From the NCBI GenBank assembly GCA_963695095.1, contig CAVOFT010000001.1:3200001-3264000 (forward strand): DNA of 64,000 bases, in the 5' to 3' direction. This document shows, piece by piece, positions 40,663 through 48,600 of the stretch. The translations under genes were made by a program, and so were the position numbers. The notes beneath the pieces were generated by a model that was not told the origin of the DNA, searched no databases, and saw only the letters and a program-made list of their open reading frames with translations. Each line of letters opens with the position of its first letter. Position 1 is the first letter of the stretch. This DNA comes from an uncultured bacterium. Lineage in GTDB: Bacteria; Krumholzibacteriota; Krumholzibacteriia; JACNKJ01.

Positions 40663-41190
40663 ATGAAGCGCACGGCTATCATCCTCTTTGCCTTCTTCCT
40701 GTCGATCGCGATGGCCGGTTCCGCCTTCGCCTACCCCAGCTATTTCACGAACCGCTGTGCGAGCTGCCACAGCGACGACACGCCCACCTGCAACGGCTGC
40801 CATCAGCACCGCGGCAACGTGCAGGCCAGCCTGGACGCTGCCAGCTACCTGCCCGGCGCACCCGTGAGCGTCACCCTCACCGGGGGCGCCGAGGAGGGCT
40901 GGATCCGGGGCATCCTCTACGACCACAATGACGTCGTCGTCGCCCTGGCCACCGGGCCCACGGGCACGGGTGACGATGGCGGCGCCAGCGCCGTGGAGTT
41001 CCCGGTCGGCCTGCAGGCCAGCGCGCCGGCAAGCGCCGGCGACTATGCCTGGGAGGCGGCCTGGTTCGGAGGCGCCACGGCCGGCGGCGGCGCTCACGAG
41101 GAGCGGCGGCGGCCCCTGACGGTGCACGTGGAGGGCGTCAATACCGCGGTCGCCGGCGGAAGTTGGTCGGCCATCAAGCGCCTCTACTAG
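40663..41190 (+). CDS. Small secreted protein with two CXXCH motifs, Reeler/Ig-like domain and short C-terminal tail (TAVAGGSWSAIKRLY)
   Basis: Signal MKRTAIILFAFFLSIAMAGSAFA; CASCH and CNGCH motifs. Confidence 0.75.
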   Translation: MKRTAIILFAFFLSIAMAGSAFAYPSYFTNRCASCHSDDTPTCNGCHQHRGNVQASLDAASYLPGAPVSVTLTGGAEEGWIRGILYDHNDVVVALATGPTGTGDDGGASAVEFPVGLQASAPASAGDYAWEAAWFGGATAGGGAHEERRRPLTVHVEGVNTAVAGGSWSAIKRLY

Positions 41191-41244
41191 TCGCGGTCTT
41201 TGCGATCACGATCGAGGAGCCGGGCGGCGACGCCGGCTCTTCTG

Positions 41245-42036
41245 CTAGCGGGCGAAGCCGGACAGGCGCAGGTAGGCCGCGATGATCGGCGGCCCCCAGA
41301 AGAGCGACACCAGGCCGCCCACCGCCAGGAAGGGCCCGAAGGGGATGGCCAGCCGGCCGATGCCCTGCCCCTTGCGGGCGCGGGCGATCATGACGAGGCC
41401 CACCACCGCGCCCGCGGTCACTCCCACCAAGAATGCGAGCAGCACGCCGCCCAGGCCGGTGTGGGCGCCGATCATGGCGAGGAGCACGAAGTCCCCACCG
41501 CCCATCCCCGCCTGCCCGCGCACGCGCTTGTAGCTGAGGCTGAGCAGGAGCGGCAGCAGGTAGCCCACGCCGGCGCCGATCAGGGCCCGCGGCCAGTGCG
41601 GGCCGACGCCGAAGGCGGCGAAGGCGAGCCCGCTCGCCACGCCGGTCAGGGTGAAGCGGTGGGGCAGCTCCATGGTGTCCAGGTCGATGAAGCTGAGCAC
41701 CGCGAGCAGGCTGATGAAGAGGGCGTCGCGGGCGAAGAGCGGCGTGGGGCCGTCCCGCCAGGCGGCGAGGATCAGCAGCGCCGGCACCAGCAGCTCGAGC
41801 AGCAGGTAGCGGAAGGCCACCGGGGCGCGGCAGTGCCGGCAGCGGCCGGCGAAGACGAGCCAGCCGAGGATGGGCAGCAGCTCGGGCAGGCCCAGCGCGT
41901 GGCCGCAGGCCGGGCAGTGGCTGCGGCCTGCCACCCAGCCCTCGCGGCGCGGGATGCGATAGATGAGCACGGAGAAGAAGCTGGCCAGGAAGGGCGAGAG
42001 CACCCCGACGAGGACGAGAAAGAGCGTGCGGTCCAT
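41245..42036 (-). CDS. pilD: Prepilin peptidase / N-methyltransferase (A24)
   Basis: RSHCPACGH...GRCRHC, FIDLD, GMGGGDF, IPFGPFLAVG. Confidence 0.93.
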   Translation of the reverse strand: MDRTLFLVLVGVLSPFLASFFSVLIYRIPRREGWVAGRSHCPACGHALGLPELLPILGWLVFAGRCRHCRAPVAFRYLLLELLVPALLILAAWRDGPTPLFARDALFISLLAVLSFIDLDTMELPHRFTLTGVASGLAFAAFGVGPHWPRALIGAGVGYLLPLLLSLSYKRVRGQAGMGGGDFVLLAMIGAHTGLGGVLLAFLVGVTAGAVVGLVMIARARKGQGIGRLAIPFGPFLAVGGLVSLFWGPPIIAAYLRLSGFAR

Positions 42037-42112
42037 GACCGCAGACTAGGCGGTCGGAGCCCAGACCGGCAAGCAGGACTTGTCACGTGACGAGAGCCGA
42101 GCCGGCAACATG

Positions 42113-42140
42113 AAGGGGGGAGCCACCGGCTCCCCCCTTT
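42113..42140. terminator. Intrinsic terminator downstream of the peptidase cluster
   Basis: AAGGGGGGAGCC-ACC-GGCTCCCCCCTT. Confidence 0.7.
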
Positions 42141-42153
42141 GCTTGGCGAAATC

Positions 42154-42218
42154 AGAGCGCGTGCGTGTCGCAGCCGGGCGCCTGTGAAGCGGCGCCCGGT
42201 GCGACACGCGAGCGCTCT
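42154..42218. repeat. Family-2 hairpin repeat, copy c
   Basis: AGAGCGC..GCGTGTCGCA / TGCGACACGC.AGCGCTCT arms; overlaps the stop codon. Confidence 0.88.
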
Positions 42219-45180
42219 ATTTGAGCAGGACCATGCGCTTGCTCACCGTCTGCTCCGTCGTCACGAGACGATAGAAGTAGACGCCGCTCGCGGCGCGCTG
42301 GCCTGCGCTATCCGTGCCGTCCCAGACGATGCTCTGCGGACCGGCCTCGAGCTTGCCCTCCGCCAGGCTCTTCACCAGGCGACCCTGGGCATCGAAGATG
42401 CGCAGGCTGGCCTGGCCGGCCTGCTTCAGGCTGAAGCGGATCTCCGTCTTCGGGTTGAAGGGGTTGGGGCTGTTCTGGTCCAGGCGCGTGACGAAGTGCG
42501 TGCTCACGCCCTCGTCCACGCCCGAGAGATCGAAGCTGCCCATGAGCAGGAAGTCGTCCACCAGCGCCTCCACCAGGGAGCCGCTGCCGGCATCCTCCGC
42601 CTTGAAGCGCAACTGCACCGTGCCCGGGGTGGCGTAGTAGGTGTCCAGATCGAAGACGATGTTCACCCAGGCATTGCTGCTGGCCGTCGTGTACTCGACG
42701 TTGGTCCAGGTAGCGCCGCCGTCGTTGCTGACCTGCACGGTCCAGTAGTCCTCGCCGGGGGCGTTGCCCTGGTCGTTCGAGTACCAGCGCCAGTAGCTCA
42801 CGGAGACATCCGAAGCGCCAGCCAGCTCGAACTTCGGCGAGTAGAGCAAGGTCGCGCCGCCGTCGACGTCGTAGCTGCCGGCGCCGGTGCCTGCCAGCGC
42901 GCCGGTCACCCAGCACAGCGTGCCGATCGCCGTATGGTCGTTTTCAGGCTGGGCGGTCGTCTGCTGCGGATCCGCGCGCTCCCAGTTGCCGGTGCCGGCG
43001 GTCTCGCCGGTCACGGTGCTGAGATGCCAGGCGGTCGGCAGCTCCATCTCGTCCGCGAAGCCGTCGTCGACCTCGAAGTAGTGCAGGGCCGCCGGCGCCG
43101 CCGCCGGGCTGGTGCCCGTCGCACCCAGGGTGTTGGCCGCCTCGATGTAGTACTCGACCTTGCTGCCCCAGGCCTGCGCCGGGATCGTGGCCGCGAACTC
43201 GTCGGGGTTGCCGGTGCCGTTCATGAGCACGGTGCTGAAGCCGCCGCCGTTCACGCGATAGTTCAGCTCCACGCTGCCGCCCACGATGCTGCCGCCGCCC
43301 AGGGACACGGCCTGGCCGATCACGGGATAGCCCACGCTCTGGCTGGACGAGTAGGGACGGGACTCGTGGTAGACGAAGACGCCGACCAGGATCGCGGGAC
43401 AATCGAAGCCGTGGTTCTCGGCCGCCTCGCAGAGCTGCGCATGGTGCGGCGTGCCGTCGTCCATGTTGGCGTTGTCGTCATCGGCGAAGAAGGTGGCGAA
43501 CACCTGATCCGCCTGGTAGAAGGGGTGCATGAGCACGCGGCCGTAGTGCCAGAGCTCTCCGCTCTTGACCGTGCCGGGCGCATCCCAGCTGCCGCCGCCG
43601 TAGAGGCCCTGCAGCAGCACCATCGCGTCCCAGTTGAAGCCGGCGATCACCTGGCCGGCGTAGTGGATCTCCTGGCCCACCACGTCGCCCGGGTACTGCA
43701 AGGTGTTCAGCGAGTTGCGAATCCCGCTCACGCAGTTGCCCACGTAGAAGCCGCGGCCGATGATCGGATCCTGGGTCATCAGGTTGCCGATGATGTCGCC
43801 GTTGCCCTCGCCCAGGCCCTCGTTGCCCTGGCTGCCGAGAATGGCGGCCTGGATGCCGTGGCCGAACTCGTGGTGCACGACCTGCTGCAGCTCGCCGGTG
43901 TTGCCGTAGCTGGCGCTGCCGGCGCAGAAGTTGATGGTGCCGTCCCACCAGGCGTTGCCCGGGCAGTAGCCGTCCGAGCGGTTCACGTAGGCGTTGATGT
44001 GCGCGTTGCGTGTAGCCGAAGCCCGGCGTCGAAGAGATCGAAGAAGTCGTGGATGTCGTTGATGGCATCGAAGACGTCGCGCTCGTCCTGGCGGGCGTTC
44101 GCGTCCGTGAAGGCCACGGTGAAGGGCACGTTCTCCTGCGCCGTGCCGCGAGAACGCCGCCTCGGCGCCGTTGTAGTTGAACACCGTGATGTAGGGACCG
44201 ATCAGGCCGGCCGTCACCGTGCGGTTCCCGCCCGTGCCGGCGATCGACCAGCTGCCGTCGGCGAGGCTATTGGTGCTGCCCACGCCGCTCACGTTGATCG
44301 TGAGGTAGGGAATGTCGGTCATCGTCGAGCCGTCGCAGTAGCCGTAGATCTGGGCCTCCGCGGAGGTGTCGCCCCCATAGGCGAAGTCGATGTTGTTGAT
44401 CCGCTGCAGGATGTCGCCGCTGTGGGCGTCCACATCCGTCACCCACTCGCCGAAGGGCTCATAGGTCTTCACCGACAGGCGCCAGACGAGGTGGTACTCG
44501 ACCTCGGTCTCGCTGAGCGCCACGGGCAGCACGAGCAACCGCGGTTTCTCGGTGACGCTGTCCGTTGCCGGATCGAAGGGCAGGGCCTGGATGGCGATGG
44601 CCTCGGCCGCCGCCGCGCCGAGCGCGGGGGTTGTCGACAGGCCGCTGATCTGATGGTAGTCCGAACCCATCAGGAGCAGCTTGCCCGTGTCGCTGAAGGC
44701 CACGCGCACCTGCGCGCCCTCGACGTCCACGCCGGCATAGGTCTGCTGGAAGTGGGCCACCCACTTGCCCAGGGCGTGCGGGGTGGAGTCCAGGCGGAGC
44801 TGGCTGCCCTCCGCGCGCAGCACGTCGGCGTTGGCGGCGATGACCTGGCGGGCCAGGCTCTCCAGGCTCGCCGGGCCGCTGATGCCGCTCGCCATCGGCA
44901 CGCTGGTGCCGAAGACGTGCCGGGGCGTGTCGCTCAGGTTGTTCCAGGCGTAGACGCTCCAGCGACCCCCGTAGCGGGCCTCCAGGGTCTGGGCGGTCTC
45001 GAGCATGCCGACATCGCGGCCATAGCTCTGGGCGACGAGGGTGTTGAACGCCGGTAGCCGGATCTCATAGAGATCGTTCTGGCTGACCGGGGTGAAGGCC
45101 AAGGCGCTGACGGCCGCGAGCAAGAGACTTGCTGCGACGAGCAGGGCCCAGCCGGGGGTCCCGAAGATCCGAGATCTCAT
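42217..45180 (-). CDS. Secreted M4/M36-like zinc metallopeptidase (FTP/PepSY propeptide) with FlgD-Ig CTD, paralog 1; local compensated frameshifts about 44010-44150
   Basis: HFQQTYAGVDV, VDAHSGDIL, HHEFGHG, GLGEGNGD, QNSPNPFNPKT...KRMVLLK. Confidence 0.88.
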   Translation of the reverse strand: MRSRIFGTPGWALLVAASLLLAAVSALAFTPVSQNDLYEIRLPAFNTLVAQSYGRDVGMLETAQTLEARYGGRWSVYAWNNLSDTPRHVFGTSVPMASGISGPASLESLARQVIAANADVLRAEGSQLRLDSTPHALGKWVAHFQQTYAGVDVEGAQVRVAFSDTGKLLLMGSDYHQISGLSTTPALGAAAAEAIAIQALPFDPATDSVTEKPRLLVLPVALSETEVEYHLVWRLSVKTYEPFGEWVTDVDAHSGDILQRINNIDFAYGGDTSAEAQIYGYCDGSTMTDIPYLTINVSGVGSTNSLADGSWSIAGTGGNRTVTAGLIGPYITVFNYNGAEAAFSRHGAGERALHRGLHGRERPPGRARRLRCHQRHPRLLRSLRRRASATRNAHINAYVNRSDGYCPGNAWWDGTINFCAGSASYGNTGELQQVVHHEFGHGIQAAILGSQGNEGLGEGNGDIIGNLMTQDPIIGRGFYVGNCVSGIRNSLNTLQYPGDVVGQEIHYAGQVIAGFNWDAMVLLQGLYGGGSWDAPGTVKSGELWHYGRVLMHPFYQADQVFATFFADDDNANMDDGTPHHAQLCEAAENHGFDCPAILVGVFVYHESRPYSSSQSVGYPVIGQAVSLGGGSIVGGSVELNYRVNGGGFSTVLMNGTGNPDEFAATIPAQAWGSKVEYYIEAANTLGATGTSPAAAPAALHYFEVDDGFADEMELPTAWHLSTVTGETAGTGNWERADPQQTTAQPENDHTAIGTLCWVTGALAGTGAGSYDVDGGATLLYSPKFELAGASDVSVSYWRWYSNDQGNAPGEDYWTVQVSNDGGATWTNVEYTTASSNAWVNIVFDLDTYYATPGTVQLRFKAEDAGSGSLVEALVDDFLLMGSFDLSGVDEGVSTHFVTRLDQNSPNPFNPKTEIRFSLKQAGQASLRIFDAQGRLVKSLAEGKLEAGPQSIVWDGTDSAGQRAASGVYFYRLVTTEQTVSKRMVLLK

Positions 45181-45447
45181 GGGTTGCACTCCTTCGCTGA
45201 GTTGCCGTCTAGACGGTGGGCGTCGAAGGCAGGCGAAAACCTGACCTGCGTTGTGGGGCACGAGAAGGCGGGAAGCACTTCATTATAGCATACTTGGAAT
45301 GCAGCCGACAAAGAGGCAAAGCAACGCCCACGCGGGAAACTCGAGCCCACCCGCCCCCGGGGGCGGCCTCAGGTCGCGGGATGGGGCCTGCTACCGCATC
45401 GTAGAGCTGCGGCGGGCCGCTCGCGAGGCGCTTGTTCCCAAGCGGAA

Positions 45448-45512
45448 AGCCGCTGCGCGGGTCGTGGCCGGGCGCCTGTGAAGCGGCGCCAGGCACGACC
45501 CGCGCGGCGGCT
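45448..45512. repeat. Family-2 hairpin repeat, copy d
   Basis: AGCCGCTGCGCGGGTCGTG / CACGACCCGCGCGGCGGCT arms; overlaps the stop codon. Confidence 0.9.
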
Positions 45513-48432
45513 ACTTGATCAGAAGCATGCGCTTCGCCTGCGTCCCCGCGGCCGTCTCCAGGCGGTAAAGGTAGACGCCGCTGGCCACTGCGCGGCCCTC
45601 GCCGTCCCGCCCGTCCCAGCTCACGCTGCCCGGCCCGGCCGGCTGCTCGCCCGCGAAGAGCACCCTGAGCAGGCGGCCCCGGGCATCGTAGACCGCCAGA
45701 CGCGCCCGCCCGGCGCTGGGCAGGCTGTACTTGATCTCCGTCACCGGATTGAAGGGATTGGGCCGGTTCTGCTCGAGCCGCTGCGGGAAGGCGATCTCCA
45801 GGCCGTCGCCCACGCCGGTCAGGTCCTCGAAGCTGGCGAGGATGGCGATGTCGTCCACGGCCGCCTCCACCTCGTTCACGGCGCCGAAGTCCTCGGCCGT
45901 GATCTTCAGGCGCAGCAGCTCCAGCGCGGGGAAGTGGGCGCTGAGATCGTGAATCACGTTCTCCCAGCCCGGAGTGCCGCTGGGATCGTGCTCCACGCGC
46001 AGCCAGGTGGCGCCGCCGTCGTTGGAGAGCCAGAGATCGAACTCGTCGTTCGTGCTGTCGGTGACGAACCACTTCCAGTAGCGCAGCGAGGCGCTGGTCG
46101 CGCCCGTGAGATCGTAGACCGGCGAGAGCAGCGTGGTGCGGCCGTTGTCGACGTCGTTCGTCTGGCCGGTCACCCAGCAGAGCGTGCCCGCCGGCGTGTG
46201 GTCGTCCTCGGGCTGGATGTTGGTGCCGATGGGATCCACGTGCACCCAGGCGCTGCTGGCCGCGGCGGCATCGGTGCCGTCGGGGTCCACGGTCCAGCCG
46301 TCGGCGGACTCGAGCGGATCGATGAGCCAGGCCACCACGAAGCTGTGGAAGGCCGCCGGCGCATCGTCCGGCTCGCTGCCCGGCGTGCCCAGCTCGTCGG
46401 CGGCGCTCAGGTAGTAGTCGACCTGGGCCGCTTCCTGGGCCGGAATGCTCGCGCTGTAACTGTTGCCGCCCGCCGGCGCCATCGTCAGCTCGGTCCAGGT
46501 GCCGCCGTCCACGCGCCAGGTAAGTGTCACCGACGCAGGATTGATGGGTGCGTAGGTGGAGATGACCTCGGCCGTCACCGCATAGTCGTTCTCCGCGTCC
46601 GTCGTGTCCCCCACCGGGGTATGCGTGAAGAGCACGCCGATCAAGCGCTCGGGGCACTCGAAGCCGTGGTTCTCGGCCGCGGCGCAGAAGCTGTCGAAGT
46701 GCGGCGTGCCGTCGTCCATGTTGTCGTTGTCGTCATCAGCGAAGAAGGTGGCGAAGACCTGATCGGGCTGCGTGGTCGGCAGCAGAAGCAGGCGCCCGAA
46801 GTGCCAGCGCTCGGCCGAAGCGATGGTGCCGGGGCTGTCCCAGGCGGCGCCGCCGCCGAGTTCGGCCTGCAGCAGCACCATGGCGTCCCAGTTGAAGCCG
46901 GCGATCACACGGCCGGCGGCGTGGATCTCCACGCCCAGCACGTCGGCCGGGTACTGCAGGGTGTTCAGCGAATTGCGGATGCCGCTCACGCAGTTGCCCG
47001 CGAAGAAGCCGCGGCCGATCACCGGATCCTGGGTGATCAGGTTGCCGAGGATGTCCCCGTTGCCCTCGCCCAGGCCCTGATCGCCCTGGTAGCCGAGAAT
47101 CGCCGCCTGCACGCCGTGGCCGAACTCGTGGTGCACCACCTGCTGCAGCTCGCCGGTGTTGGCGTAGCCGGCGCCGGCGGCGCAGAAGTTGATGGTGCCG
47201 TCCCACCAGGCGTTGCCAGGACAGTAGCCGTCGGTGCGATTCACGTAGGCGTTCATGCGCACGTTCGGATAGGCGAAGCCGGGGTCGAAGAGCGCGAAGA
47301 AGTCGTGGACGTCGTTCACGGCGTCGAAGGTGTCGCGCTCGTCCTGGCGCGCATTCGAGTCGTCGAAGCGCACGGTGAAGGGCAGGTCCTCCATGGCCAG
47401 GCCGCTGAAGGCGGCCTCGTCGCCGTTCTGATTGTAGACGCGCACCCAGGGGCCGAAGAGATCGGAAGTCACCGTGCGCGCGCCGCCGCTGCCCGCCACG
47501 CTCCAGTCGCCGGCCGCGTTGCTCGTCGTGCTCCCGGCGCCGTCGACGCTGATGCGCAGGTAGGGCATGGGCACATCGCTCGGCCCGTCGCACCAGCCGT
47601 AGACCTGGGTGTCGGCCGCAGTGTCGCCGCCGTAGGCGAAGTGGATGTCGTTCGTTCGCTGCAGGATCTCGCCCGTGTGGGCGTCGACGTCCGTCACCCA
47701 GGCGCCCAGGGGCTGCGCGGTGCGCAGGGTCAGCCGCCAGACGAGGTGGTACTCCACCGCGGTGTCGCTGAGTGCCACGGGCAGCACGAGCAGGCGCGGC
47801 TGGGCGCTGACGCTGTCCGTCGTCGGGTCGAAGGGCAGGGCCGCCTTGGCGATGGCCTCCGCCGCCGCCGCGCCGAGGGCCGGCGTCGGCGAGAGCGCAA
47901 TGTCCGCATGGTAGTCCGAACCCATCAGGAGCAGCTTGCCCGTGTCGCTGATCGCCACGCGCACGCGGGCGCCCTCGACGTCGATGCCCTGCCAGGTCTG
48001 CTGGAAGTGGGCCACCCACTTGCCCAGCGCATGCGGCGTGGCGGCGAGGCGGAGCTGCGCGTTGTCCGCGCGGAGCAGCTCCGCGTTGGTCGCGATCACC
48101 TGGCGCGCGAGGCTCTCCAGCGCCGCCGCGTCGTCGACGCTCGCCGCCAGCTGCACGCTGCTGCCGTAGACATGCCGCGGCGTTCCGCTCAGGTTGTTCC
48201 AGGCGTAGACGCTCCAGCGGCCGCCGTAACGGGTCTCGAGCGCCCGCGCGGTCTCGAGGATGCCGACGTCGCGTCCGTAGCTCTGCCCGCCCAGGGTGTC
48301 GTACTCGGGCAAGCGGATCTCGTAGAGCGCGTTCTGATCCGCGGGCGTGAAGGCGCCGGCCGGCGCGAGGAAGGTGGCGAGCAGCAGGCCGAGAATGCCC
48401 AGCGCGGCTGCGAACTTCAGGATGCCCGTCAT
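45511..48432 (-). CDS. Secreted M4/M36-like zinc metallopeptidase with FlgD-Ig CTD, paralog 2
   Basis: HHEFGHG, GLGEGNGD, QNRPNPFNPVT...KRMLLIK. Confidence 0.9.
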   Translation of the reverse strand: MTGILKFAAALGILGLLLATFLAPAGAFTPADQNALYEIRLPEYDTLGGQSYGRDVGILETARALETRYGGRWSVYAWNNLSGTPRHVYGSSVQLAASVDDAAALESLARQVIATNAELLRADNAQLRLAATPHALGKWVAHFQQTWQGIDVEGARVRVAISDTGKLLLMGSDYHADIALSPTPALGAAAAEAIAKAALPFDPTTDSVSAQPRLLVLPVALSDTAVEYHLVWRLTLRTAQPLGAWVTDVDAHTGEILQRTNDIHFAYGGDTAADTQVYGWCDGPSDVPMPYLRISVDGAGSTTSNAAGDWSVAGSGGARTVTSDLFGPWVRVYNQNGDEAAFSGLAMEDLPFTVRFDDSNARQDERDTFDAVNDVHDFFALFDPGFAYPNVRMNAYVNRTDGYCPGNAWWDGTINFCAAGAGYANTGELQQVVHHEFGHGVQAAILGYQGDQGLGEGNGDILGNLITQDPVIGRGFFAGNCVSGIRNSLNTLQYPADVLGVEIHAAGRVIAGFNWDAMVLLQAELGGGAAWDSPGTIASAERWHFGRLLLLPTTQPDQVFATFFADDDNDNMDDGTPHFDSFCAAAENHGFECPERLIGVLFTHTPVGDTTDAENDYAVTAEVISTYAPINPASVTLTWRVDGGTWTELTMAPAGGNSYSASIPAQEAAQVDYYLSAADELGTPGSEPDDAPAAFHSFVVAWLIDPLESADGWTVDPDGTDAAAASSAWVHVDPIGTNIQPEDDHTPAGTLCWVTGQTNDVDNGRTTLLSPVYDLTGATSASLRYWKWFVTDSTNDEFDLWLSNDGGATWLRVEHDPSGTPGWENVIHDLSAHFPALELLRLKITAEDFGAVNEVEAAVDDIAILASFEDLTGVGDGLEIAFPQRLEQNRPNPFNPVTEIKYSLPSAGRARLAVYDARGRLLRVLFAGEQPAGPGSVSWDGRDGEGRAVASGVYLYRLETAAGTQAKRMLLIK

Positions 48433-48535
48433 GCGATCACTCCCTTGGATGAATGCGCGCGCCGACGATCAGCGCGCGTCGATGCCAAGAACCGAGCCGC
48501 CGGGGCGCAGGCGAGGCGCCGGCTCCTCGGCGGGG

Positions 48536-48600
48536 AGCCGCTGCAGGGGTCGTGGCCGGGCGCCTGTGAAGCGGCGCCAGGCACGACCCCTGCAGCGGCT
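48536..48600. repeat. Family-2 hairpin repeat, copy e
   Basis: AGCCGCTGCAGGGGTCGTG / CACGACCCCTGCAGCGGCT arms; overlaps the stop codon. Confidence 0.9.
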
